From: Blastocystis sp. subtype 4 | Taxonomy: Eukaryota | NCBI RefSeq assembly: GCF_000743755.1 | Contig: NW_014569531.1 | Span: forward strand, 56,975-76,974 | Direction: 5' to 3' | Length of the DNA stretch: 20,000 nucleotides | Shown here: piece by piece, positions 1-13,776 of the stretch | Numbering within the stretch: position 1 is the stretch's first letter | How the letters are laid out: each line of letters begins with the position of its first letter | Notes under the pieces: model-generated | The model's input: only the letters and a program-made list of their open reading frames with translations | The model's database searches: none | What the model was told of the DNA's origin: nothing | Position numbers and translations under genes: made by a program

Positions 1-2195
1 ATACTCCGTTCATCATATCCTTTCATCTCTTGAATATCACAACATTTCATTATATCCTTCTTCTTTCCACACATACAACGTACATGAACATCTACTTCAC
101 ATCGTTCACAGCATGTCCCCTCATGACAGATCCGTTGACAGCCATGACGACATCCTTTCAAAGGAGTTCCACAGATCTTTCCACACGAGAACCAGCCCTT
201 CTTCTTCTCTGAACTCACATCACAACATCGAAATTGACGAGATGATTTCCCACAATAGCAAGGGCGTTTCACCATTAGTGTACAAGGATCACATGGACCT
301 GCATGGCAATACACACGATTACAAGGATGATTACAAGTACTTCGTCCAGGGCACTTCTCATGACACTCTTCACATGGTAAGGATGGATTGTGACATGGTT
401 TCTGACAGTACTATGATCATCACGGGATTCCTATACATACATGTTTACCACATGACAATAATCGATTGCATTTTTGAGTACAGAAAACTGGAGTATTTTT
501 GTCACAGCAAAGAATAGAGATCATACAATGTTTCCCTTCACATTCCTTTTCAATGCGAGTATGACAAGGAGGACAAGGATGATTCTCATGACAAATAGCC
601 TGACAAGTGTGACCACAAGGAAGAAGAGCATTACAAGTAAGGATACATTCGGGACAATTTCCGGAATGGCAATAATGATCTTGAATTTTGGAATGATGAC
701 AATGAGATGGTTTCTGACATAGTTGTTGACAAGGAGGATAGAGAGAACGACGGAACTCCTTACAGGGAACCTCCATCGAAGTGTATCCACAGTCACACGT
801 AATGGTGACTGTAAGTGAACATGAAGGGCAGGCTCCAGCATGACAAGGAAGCAAGCAAGTATGGCGACCACATGAAAGTGGTTTGTTACAGATCTTGATT
901 ATCAAGAATCCTTTAATATACCTACGATTGTACATGGAGTATGTTGCCCATCACAACAGCGACGGTTACATCGGTGACGACCACAAGAACGGAATTCTTG
1001 GCATTTTTGTGTACAAAGGAATTCTTGAGAGCAGGGGACTTCAGCTGTTTTAGTTCCACATCGACATTTCTTAGAAACAACGATAAGACAGGAAGGACAT
1101 GGAGGAGGATGACAATTGGCAGTACAGTGATGACCACAAGGAAGAAGCTTGTCACAGTATTGATGACAAGAAGGAGTAGGGTCTGTACAGGGAATCACGA
1201 AAGCTAAGAATCAGAGGACTCATTCAGATTCACTCTTTTTACCACAGAAACACTTCCGAGGAGGCTGATTGGGACAGGGTGGACAAGGACCTTCGTGACA
1301 TGCTAGAGGGCATGTGTGATGACCACAATCAAGTGATTTTCCGCAGATTCGACCACAAGAATAAGAAAGAGCATTTGATGTACCACAAGGAACATCTCGT
1401 TCTTCTGCTCCACAAAAACACTTCTGATGAACTGACTCTTTACAAGGAGGACAAGGACCGTAATGGCACTTCACCTTACAGAGATGATGGCCACAGACAA
1501 GGTGTTTGAGGCAGGGAAGATTACAGCAACTCTCGGGGGACTCAATGTGTTGCATACTACAACGTACAGTTCGTCTCGTCTTACCGCATGGGCAAGTGAT
1601 GGTGACAATTCGAGGACAAGGAGGACAGCGACCTGGATGACAACGTTCATTACAAATATGGCCACAGGGCAATTGCTTTTCACAGAGATTTCCACAGGAA
1701 TGGGGAGGTAACCAGGGATCGAATGCCGGATTTTCCTCCTTTCCACAGTAACAGAAATACTTGTCAGGAACGTATGTGAATTCTTGGAGACAATTTTTGC
1801 TAGGATCATTATCAGACGAACATAGAACTTACCAAGTCCAATTTCGTGAAACAGAGGAAGCAGAAACTCGATTCTTGATTGCCTCCGCAATCTTCTTCTG
1901 TAAACATGTTTGAGCCCTATTCTGTTATCCACATTTGTATCAACCAACCATGCTTTCACACACTTCAGATGATACACTACAAAACACTCAGGACACTGCC
2001 AAACCGACTCTTCATGACCAATCTAGAGTATTTAATAAGAATCAGCACAATACTTCTTCCAAACAAACCGAGCAGTTCATTTCTGAAGAATTAACAATCG
2101 GTTGTTGTATAATCAAGTTGGTCTATCTACAGACTTTTGTGGTTGAATGTGTGTAACAATGCGAACTACACTCCCTTCAGTAAAATAGGATCCAT
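1..2195 (-). CDS. NF-X1-type zinc-finger protein (NFX1/NFXL1 family), 3' end outside the window
   Basis: Spliced product has an N-terminal RING-like segment (CSVCLEE|IGHEESVWQCPECFVVYHLKCVKAW...WTCKNC) followed by many CGxHxCxxxCHxGxCxxC repeats. Frame-restoring GT-AG introns at 2023-2053, 1917-1948, 1800-1832, 1204-1233, 894-925 and 411-440. The frame is still open at position 1. Start uncertain: ATG at 2080, or ATG at 2195 via a further intron. Confidence 0.85.
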
Positions 2196-2472
2196 CAATG
2201 AAAAAACGCTTATAATTCCTTATCAGAACTTGATATGAAACATATTAGGTGGTTTGATAACTAATAGCTAGAAGTGATACCTTTTTGAAGAACCAAGATG
2301 GTTCCTTAAACTTCACATGATGTTGGTAGTTATCAATACAATCGAATCCAGCAATGTTGAATTATAGGAATAATCAAAGAATGCAAAAAATGGGCATCAT
2401 GAATTGAAATGTATCCTTATTAAATGCATCCAATAGCAATAAGGTATTTGAGAACACCACACATTTTTCTAA

Positions 2473-3521
2473 ATGAAGAGTATCGTCGTTGCTCTAACAA
2501 TTGTATCATTGGTATTTGCTAGTCCTCTTCGTGGTGAAGAGAAGTGTATGTAAGATACCCTCTTTTCACGTATAGTTTGTGGAACGTATGGGGGTACCTG
2601 CGAAAGTACGGAATTTATTTGTACGTTTGCCTGTGAAATTTAATGATATAGCTGTGAAATCATTCATGATTATCTCTGGAAATATGCAGCAGGACCCTGA
2701 GGCCATGTCTCTTTCGTCTACTTCATATGGTGGAGAGGGTTGTCGGGAAGAGGCTCTCTTCTTCAATACTCGTCTGGTTACGAAAGTGAGTCCTGCTAAC
2801 GATGTTGAGAAGAACTACAATATCTACGTGGATGACGCTCGTTTCACTTTTTCTAAAACTTCGGTTCTTGCATTCAATTGTACTCCTGCTGTCGAGCCTG
2901 ATGTTGAGTATTCGCTGAAGTGGGATTGGACAGAGCGATTAATTGATTAGGGATCACGTTTGTCTCGATATGCAGGGTACCAATGTTTTTGAAGAGTTAG
3001 CTGCATTGATTGGTCAGCAGATGGAAGCTGATATGGTTTTCACCCCCACTTCTGTAACTATGAAGGGAGACGAACCCACAACATATGATCGTCTTAATGA
3101 TGAGGGTTGCAGTGCTGTTCCTACTGAGAAGCCTACGACTCAAGCACCTACTGAGGCTCCTACTACTGAGGCTCCTACTACTGAGGCTCCTACCGAGAAG
3201 CCTACTGAAAAGCCTACTGAAAAGCCTACTGAGAAACCTACTCCCAAACCTACTGAGAAGCCTACTCCTAAGCCCACTGAGAAACCTACTCCCAAACCTA
3301 CTGAGAAGCCTACTCCTAAGCCCACTGAGAAACCTACTCCCAAACCTACTGAGAAGCCTACAGAGGCTCCCACCGTGAACCCCACTGAAAAGCCCAAGAG
3401 CATTGTTGGATGGATTATTGGCGGAATAGTTGCTATTGTTATTGGTTTTGCCATTATCTTCTATGTTGTATCTAAGAAGAACAAGAAAGAAACCGAGGAA
3501 GAGGCTAAACCTCTTGTTTAG
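2473..3521 (+). CDS. Type I membrane/surface protein: signal peptide, Cys-containing ectodomain, Pro/Thr-rich stalk, TM helix, short tail
   Basis: ATG at 2473 gives [16 protein letters not shown] (signal-peptide-like). Introns at 2546-2575, ~2621-2651 and 2920-2950 join the ORFs. PTEK/PTPK repeats, hydrophobic [23 protein letters not shown], then [15 protein letters not shown] and TAG at 3519-3521. Confidence 0.85.
3120..3397 (+). repeat. Coding tandem repeat: 12/15-nt units ([13 protein letters not shown]) with a higher-order 48-nt repeat
   Basis: CCTACTGAGAAG-type units. The 48-mer ACTGAGAAACCTACTCCCAAACCTACTGAGAAGCCTACTCCTAAGCCC recurs at 3228 and 3276, and partially at 3324. Confidence 0.95.
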
Positions 3522-3527
3522 AGTAGT

Positions 3528-3542
3528 TGTTTGTAAGAAACA
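3528..3542. terminator. Back-to-back polyadenylation elements for the convergent membrane-protein and XPG genes
   Basis: TGTTTGTA on + (3528-3535) and TGTTTCTT on - (3542-3535), each one mismatch from the Blastocystis TGTTTGTT downstream element. Confidence 0.7.
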
Positions 3543-3546
3543 CTTA

Positions 3547-6242
3547 ACAGACTCTGAAGTCGCTTTATAGCACTCAGCAATCGTTTTGACTTGATTTTCT
3601 TTACATAACTATTCTTACTATATGACAGTAAGTCGGTAAGTCTATGAGATAACCCTTAACGACAGCTTGAACTTTGTTTGAATATCCCTATTCTGTCTCT
3701 TGATCACCGGTTGAATCATTCTCTGAACTCGCTCAAAATCAAGAGACAAACGATTGTCACAAAAGTCTTTGAGAGTTTTGATATCAATGTCTCCCCAGCC
3801 AAATGGATCCAAACAGGTATCCACTGCTGGAAACATAAAGGCATTTACAAGATAGTTCTTTCGAACTTCATCTGTAAATGCCAGTCTCTCTATCCGTTTT
3901 CGATGCTTCCGGATATACTGTAGAAAGTCTTCAGTAATCCCTTCAGCCACATCAACACCATCAGCCATCTTACAAGCAGACTGAATTCTACTCTCAACTA
4001 TTATCATAAATCCCTACTTAACTTCACAACCTTGAAGTTCTGACATTGTAGGAAAGAAGGATATCAACTCCACAGCCATCATGGGTCCCAAATGACTCAC
4101 TCCCTACAGGTTAACTGTTACTACAGTAGTTACATCACAATAATCACATCCTTCCAAAATGGCATATTCGATTATTCGCTCTCGATTCAATCCTAACTCT
4201 TTCTCTATGTCTTCTATTCTGTATGCTTGTACATACTGATTATCTAGAAAGAAGTCTTTGTAGAGTGATTTCCCTCCAAAAGCAAACACATCACTATCAT
4301 TACTGATCACACCATCTACCAATCCCATCATCTCCAGAAATGCACATTGGGCTTCCGCCTCCCCTGGAGCAAAAATAAATGGAATACCGAAAATCTTAAG
4401 AATTTCGGCAATGTCTACCACAACATCTTCCGAAACAAATGCATTTTGGCTCGAAAAGTGTCTGTACTGCTTTAGTAACCCTTCTCTCCGTTCTCCAAGT
4501 TGTGTGGGAGATGTGTGGATAAGTCGAGCAAACAGTTCTTTTTGAGCTTCATTTTGTTGTTCGGATGGAGGAAGTGGTGTGATGGAAGATGATAAAGAAT
4601 CAATGGATTTGGGGGATGATGTATTGGTTGATAATGAAGTGGTAATATTCGGTTGAGTCACTGTGATTTGAATAGGGGATGTATCTGTCTTTGCTAGAGC
4701 ATCTGTGAATGAAGTTATTAGTGTAGTTGAAGGAGTTGACTGATCTCGATACATAGTTGATGAGTGTGATACAATAATACTCCCATCTGTTGAGGTATGT
4801 ATGATCAATGGATCATCACTTTCACTATCAGATAGTCTTGTTTGAATAGAACTTTCATTCCCAAGTACTTCATCACAAGGACTCTCCTTCATGAAATCTT
4901 CATTTGATACACTCTCCTTTCTTATCACTTCTCCAGATACATCCTCCTTTCTCATTACTTCTTCCAAAATACTCTCCTCCTTCACCATCACATCCTGTTT
5001 CAGCCCATCAATTCCCTCTCTCTTCATTTCCTCACTATTATCACCTTCCATCATATGTTCTTCATCTATCAACCATTCTCTCATGACAGGATCATCTTCC
5101 CATTCCCATTGATGATCATATCGCTGTATGGAAGGGTCATTTCCCTTCATTAATTCGTTTAGATGTGTATATAGCATCACATTATCATCCTCTTCTTCTT
5201 CCTCATCTCTCTTCATCTCCACACCTGATTTCAATGATGCAAAATACTCTTCATTCATTCGTTGACGTTTTGTTTCATACTCAAGTTGAAAATCACTCAA
5301 AAACACTGATTCATTTTTGAATGAAGGAATAGCAGTCGCCTCGTTGAATGGATCCACTTCATTGAATACACGTTGACGACCACGACGATATGAATACTCA
5401 AATCCATTGGCTGAATTGGATCCTTCCTCTGGAATCTCACTTTGAAGAATCTCCATTACTTCACGAAGTATTTGAGAACGGAATTGGTTTGCTTCCATTT
5501 GTCGTTGGCTCACTTCCTCAACATCATCGGTGACTTCTCCAATCATTGTCATTACTCGCTTCTGCAATGTTTCACGAAGTAGTCTCATCACTGCAGGTCG
5601 CAAACGTTTTGGAATATCAAGAAGTTGAGGTGTATTGACAGCAATATGAAGCGTTTCAGCTACTATTCATTCAGTTCGTTATTTATTACTCTTGTAGGGA
5701 AGATCTACATATACAATTTCCTTAGTAGATGGTTGTTGATGATACAGTTGCTGAAGCTGTTTCTCTGAATGAAGAATAATATCTTCATCATTGCTTTCAG
5801 CCGATTCTTCGGAATCAGGAGGGTTATTAAGAGGAGTTGGTACTGATTCCTAAGTGTCAACTAAACCACTAGAGACAACATTATTTTGGATCTGTGATGC
5901 CATATCAATAAGAAGAAGCTCATCTTTCAGGTCATCCATATGAGTCTTTGCAGATTTCGCTCTTTCTCGTCTTCGTTTCAATGTACCTTTTTTCAGAGCG
6001 GGAGCATCTCCATCAAATACAATCACAGGCTTAATTCCATAGAACAGTAATTTGCATAGACGAAGAATAACAATATAAATATGGGCATTAGGTACAACAT
6101 CTCCAGTTTTTGTTCTGGATGCACGGACAATCTGATTCAGCCAGATACTTATATCGACTGCTAATCGTTTTCCCCTTAGTGTTTCAATGGAGATATTTCT
6201 TCCAGATGACTCAACTAGGGACCAGAAATTGTGAATACCCAT
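3547..6242 (-). CDS. RAD2: XPG/RAD2 (ERCC5) structure-specific endonuclease
   Basis: N-domain MGIHNFW...LAVDISIWL...PVIVFDG, acidic spacer, I-domain APGEAEAQCA, SNDSDVFAFGG, GCDY, C-terminal KIKSKRLLSAI. Introns at 5850-5879, 5660-5689, 4104-4133, ~3999-4031 and 3642-3672. Stop predicted as T(3547)+poly(A). Confidence 0.92.
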
Positions 6243-6325
6243 TACCCATTAAGAATATGTTTAGAACTCAATTTATCTCATGTTCCATCAAAGAGAGTAC
6301 AGAAAACACAACAAAAGAACGAAAC

Positions 6326-7525
6326 TCACTTCTTTGTCTTGTTGATCTTTTGAGACTTCCCTGAAGTAGGAGCAGTTTTCTTAGTCTCTGCCTTCTTTTC
6401 TTTCTTTTCTTTCTTTTCTTTATTCTTGTTATGCTTTCTCTCCTTCCTTCGACTTTGACGATCCAGAACCGACGGATCTTCCAGCTTTGATACACTAATA
6501 TTTCTTCCCAAATACTACAAATGACACTGTAAATCTGTACCCACGGAACTACCATCAAGTTTTAAAGCTGCTTTCCTTCCCTTCTGATTAGCAAACTGAA
6601 TAGCACTAGAGTAAATTTGAATCTTATAATAATACCCATAACCAGCACATCGTCCATTGTTTTGGTGTACAATATAAAATAACTTGATCTCACCACAATT
6701 CTTAAACAAATCACGGAAACTGTCTTCTTGATAATCAAAAGAAATTCCTTTTATCAATCTAAATATTATGATAAAGTAACAATACCTACACACTGAGGTT
6801 GGGATCGATTGATTTGGATATATCCTTTTCTTCACTTTCTAATTTCTTTAATTGTTCACGTTTCTTCTGACGTTCTATTTCTTCTTCACTCATACTGTCT
6901 TCTTCGCTTGTATTCTCTTGTTCTTCCTCATGTATGTTTGGTATCTCTTCCTTGTCCTCTTCCTCATCCTCATTATTCCCCTCCTCCATCTCTTCCTCGT
7001 CCTCTTCATTCTCCTCCTCATTCTCTTCTTCTTCCTCACTTTCCTCTTCACTCTCACTGGTTTCCTCAGAACCAGACTCATCCATCCTCTTCTCCATTTC
7101 TTTCATCCATTTATCTGGATTCTTCTGTAATTCCTCAAACGCCTTTGACACATTCTCATCCATACTATCATCATCAAACGGATTCCAAGACTTCTCCTCT
7201 TCTGAATTCACTTCAATCTCTTCCTCATCCTTGATATCAACAATCTCAACAACTCATACACTCTCTACCTCAAATTCTGGATTCGATTCAATGTTCTTTT
7301 CTGCAAGCATTGAACTAAGAAATCCTGGCTCATAAGGCTTGGATTCTACAAAGGAAACAAGGATAACTACTTCAAACCATTCGTAGACACTATATAAAAC
7401 AGTTTCTATCAATTATTACCTGAAACAGAAGCCATTTCTTCCTTCTTGGTGTCTGTCCGACCAGAACCACTGGTCTCCATTTCCTTAGTATCTACCTTCT
7501 TAGATCGCTTCTTTGACTTTCCCAT
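6326..7525 (-). CDS. RRM-domain RNA-binding protein with long acidic tract and Lys-rich tail (probably nucleolar)
   Basis: ATG at 7525 (MGKSKKRSKK), poly-Glu/Asp region, spliced RRM VLIKGISFD...LFKNCGEI...GRCAGYGAIQF...AALKLDGSSYLGRNISV, TGA at 6328-6326. Six introns including 7390-7419, 7346-7377, 7230-7259, 6606-6635 and 6515-6544. Confidence 0.8.
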
Positions 7526-7810
7526 TACCGTTTTCTATGGAAAGAAGCAGAGACGAAATAACGGGAATTCGGATATACTGACCACATTTTTATATCTACT
7601 GAGAATCCTTGCAACCTACGCATAACAAACTATAATACTTTGACAATGACGTACTTAAGATGTAGGTTCATCTAAAATTGTGATTTCAAGGCAGGTCAAT
7701 CGGCAGACATTGATCGCGGTTCTTTGACGTATTTAGCAGTGAACCCCCATTTCTATTTTCGACTTTTACATTTCCTTATTACCTCTTACTCCACTTGGAG
7801 TTTCGGTACT

Positions 7811-8488
7811 ATGTCACTTGCAACATCATCACTTGGAAACCGCCTTCGGCTTTGGGCCAAGACAGCATTTACTGTCGGTATGTACATGGGATGTGGTGAT
7901 ATTCTGTACCAGAAGGTTGCTCTAAAACGAAAACAAATGTAAATAGTGAGTTTGATTCTCGAATGTAGGGATCCTCGACGGGCTTTTGGGTATTTTATGG
8001 GCGGTTTCACATTTTCTGGATTAGGAAACTATATTGCCAATACGGTTGTTGCAGATCTCTTTCGTACTACTCGTTGTAATGATGTTCTTCGTCGAGTATT
8101 GACATTGAATCTCCTTTTTCCAATTACTCAGACTCTTGCCTTTGTTTCTGTAGCCTTTTGGGGCAATGGAAACATCCGGAATATCAAGAACAAGGTGGTG
8201 AACGATCTTCCCCAGGCTTATCTGGTTTCATTCTTTGTATTGTCACCTCTATCTTATATGCAAGGGCGTTTTGTCAGTTCCTATTGGAGGCAGTGGACCT
8301 CCTTCATACAAGGAAGTGAGTATATAATCCAATATTGATTCATAGCCTTCTGGAATATGTGGTTATCGTCGCTAAATGTACCGCAACATGAATACAAAAC
8401 AGTTGACGATTATTTGGAAGAAGCAATTGCATGGATCTACCAATCCTATGCTTATAGTTTGATATCCAGACAAGAGAAAAAGAAATAA
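7811..8488 (+). CDS. Mpv17/PMP22-family membrane protein
   Basis: GDILYQ, DPRRAFGYFMGG...G and C-terminal FWNMWLS match the Mpv17/PMP22 pattern, with about four hydrophobic segments. Introns at 7939-7968 and 8316-8345, TAA at 8486-8488. Confidence 0.7.
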
Positions 8489-8616
8489 CGTAAGAGTTGG
8501 TACTGTGAGAGGAACAGTATGTTTTATGTATGTTTAACAAAATACTAAGGATTCTGTTGACAATCTGATCACTTCATTCCCGTGGGAATGCATAACAAAA
8601 TAAAAATGAATTGATA

Positions 8617-10207
8617 ATGAGGAAAGTGTATGTTGGCATTGACTTTGGGTCTACAAATACGGTATGTACCTTTTGTAGGCATCAAAACATCGAAATCCTG
8701 GAGTGGGACAATAGAAAGCTACTTCTTCCATCTGTTGTATGTTACGAAAATGAAAACTGTATGGTAAATCCGCCAATGACTACAGTGGGTCAAAGGAAAT
8801 ACTCGATTACAAATTGTAAGAGGTTGTTAGGTGTTCCGTTCACAGAGAATATTGCAAATAGTGGGAATTTGCTATTTAATGCTAAGGTGATCAAGAGTCC
8901 TGATGGTTATGGATGTTGTTTGCAGATGGAACTTGCAAACAAACGTATTATTTGCAAAACTCCCGTAGAGGTGGCTGCTGCTGTTATGAAACACATTCTT
9001 AATCGATTATACACAAGGGGTATAATTGGATCAGTTGAAGATATAGAGTCGGTGGTCATTGGATTTCCTGCAAGCTATGATTATAGGCAACGCCAAGCCA
9101 CCATCGAAGCTGCTAAGAAGGCTGGTTTTCCTCAAGTGTTGCTGATTAGTGAGCCAGTCGCTGCTGCTTTGGCTTATTGTAGTGAGCATCAACTCGCTGA
9201 TAACTACATTATTGTATATGATTTTGGTGGAGGTACTTTCGATACTTCTCTTCTTCATTGCAGCAACAAAAGGTATGAGGTTATTTGCACGCAAGGCAGT
9301 TCTTGTCTTGGGAGTAGTGACTTATTGGAGGCTCTTGTGGAGTATGTCGTAGATTATTGTGCCAAGTATTACGATCTGGAAGTGGATATATCCAAGTGTC
9401 TTCCTCAACGCAAATACTATCAGGATTTTCGAAGTGACTGTGAGATGGCGAGAATCTCCCTGAGTTCTACTGAAGTAGTTACAATCAATCTGAAGAATTT
9501 ATTCAAACTCGCGACCAATGTTCCCAAAGATGCATGTGAAGAGTTTACTCTCACTCGGTTGGAATATGAACAACTGATTCGACCATACATTGATAAGACG
9601 TTTGTATGTATTGACAAGCTTTTGAAAGAAGCAAATGAAATATGTGGAGTTACAGAAGATAAGATCAGTCTTGTGGTATTGGTCGGAGGAACAACTCGAA
9701 CACCCTATATACAGAAACGCGTGTATGAACGATTTTGTGGTCATACTGTTCAGGATATTAATCCAGAAGAGTGTGTTGCTAGAGGAGCTTGTATTTATTG
9801 TATGAAGCAAAACCAAGTTGATATCAGTGATCAAGCTCTAGGAAGTATCAGTATATCGGATCATGCATCCTTTTCTTATGGTATTGCTGTTCAAGGAGGG
9901 AGAGTATGCAGACTAATCTCGAAAGGGGATATGATACCTGTTGTGAAATCAAATACCTTTACAACGACTGAAGATAACCAGCAATACATTTCTACAGCAG
10001 TGTACATTGGCGAAGGAATGCAAATCAGTGATTGTCGGTTTTTGCATGAATTGAAGTTTGGACCTATTGAACAGCGACCTAAAGGTGTTCCTAAGATATC
10101 AATTACATATAAGATTGACCTTGCAACGATGTTGACTGTCATTTGTGAGGAAAAAACCGATAGTGCTAGTATTAAGTTAGTTGGAAAAGTTGAAGTCAAA
10201 GTGGGTT
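8617..10207 (+). CDS. Divergent, intronless Hsp70/DnaK-family protein lacking the C-terminal lid (~530 aa)
   Basis: VGIDFGSTNT, KRLLG, SEPVAAALAY, YDFGGGTFDTS, LVGGTTRTP, NPEECVARGA, FTTTEDNQ and PKGVPKI motifs. First ATG at 8617. End predicted at T(10207)+poly(A); the genomic TGA is at 10219-10221. Confidence 0.9.
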
Positions 10208-10211
10208 CGTC

Positions 10212-10219
10212 TGTTTGTT
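10212..10219 (+). terminator. TGTTTGTT polyadenylation element of the Hsp70-like gene
   Basis: Exact motif, separated by 4 nt from an in-frame T. Confidence 0.85.
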
Positions 10220-10380
10220 GAAAATGCACGTGTGCAGATGTTGCAACATAGCTAATACAGTTGAAAGAACCAGTAAGGACCGTTCATTAGATCCAAGTTA
10301 TAGAAAATGGAATCATGAGAAGTGTTCTATTTCCATCGAGACGGCGTTTTGGCTCCATCCTTTCTTCATAGATTTTGCGA

Positions 10381-13743
<3,363 letters not shown>

Positions 13744-13759
13744 CTAATGGTGGGTAAGC

Positions 13760-13774
13760 TGTTTGTAACAATCA
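13760..13774. terminator. Back-to-back polyadenylation elements for the convergent SERCA and adenylate-kinase-like genes
   Basis: TGTTTGTA on + (13760-13767) and TGATTGTT on - (13774-13767). Confidence 0.7.
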
Positions 13775-13776
13775 AT

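Noticed and set aside
3085..3454. Alternative-frame Leu-rich ORF and antisense (GFSV/GLGV)n ORF; repeat array as CRISPR
   Set aside because: These are shadows of the PT coding repeat, and there are no unique spacers or cas genes.
6809..7335. Overlapping Ser-, Phe/Leu- and Arg-rich ORFs
   Set aside because: Shadow frames of the poly-Glu tract in the RRM gene.
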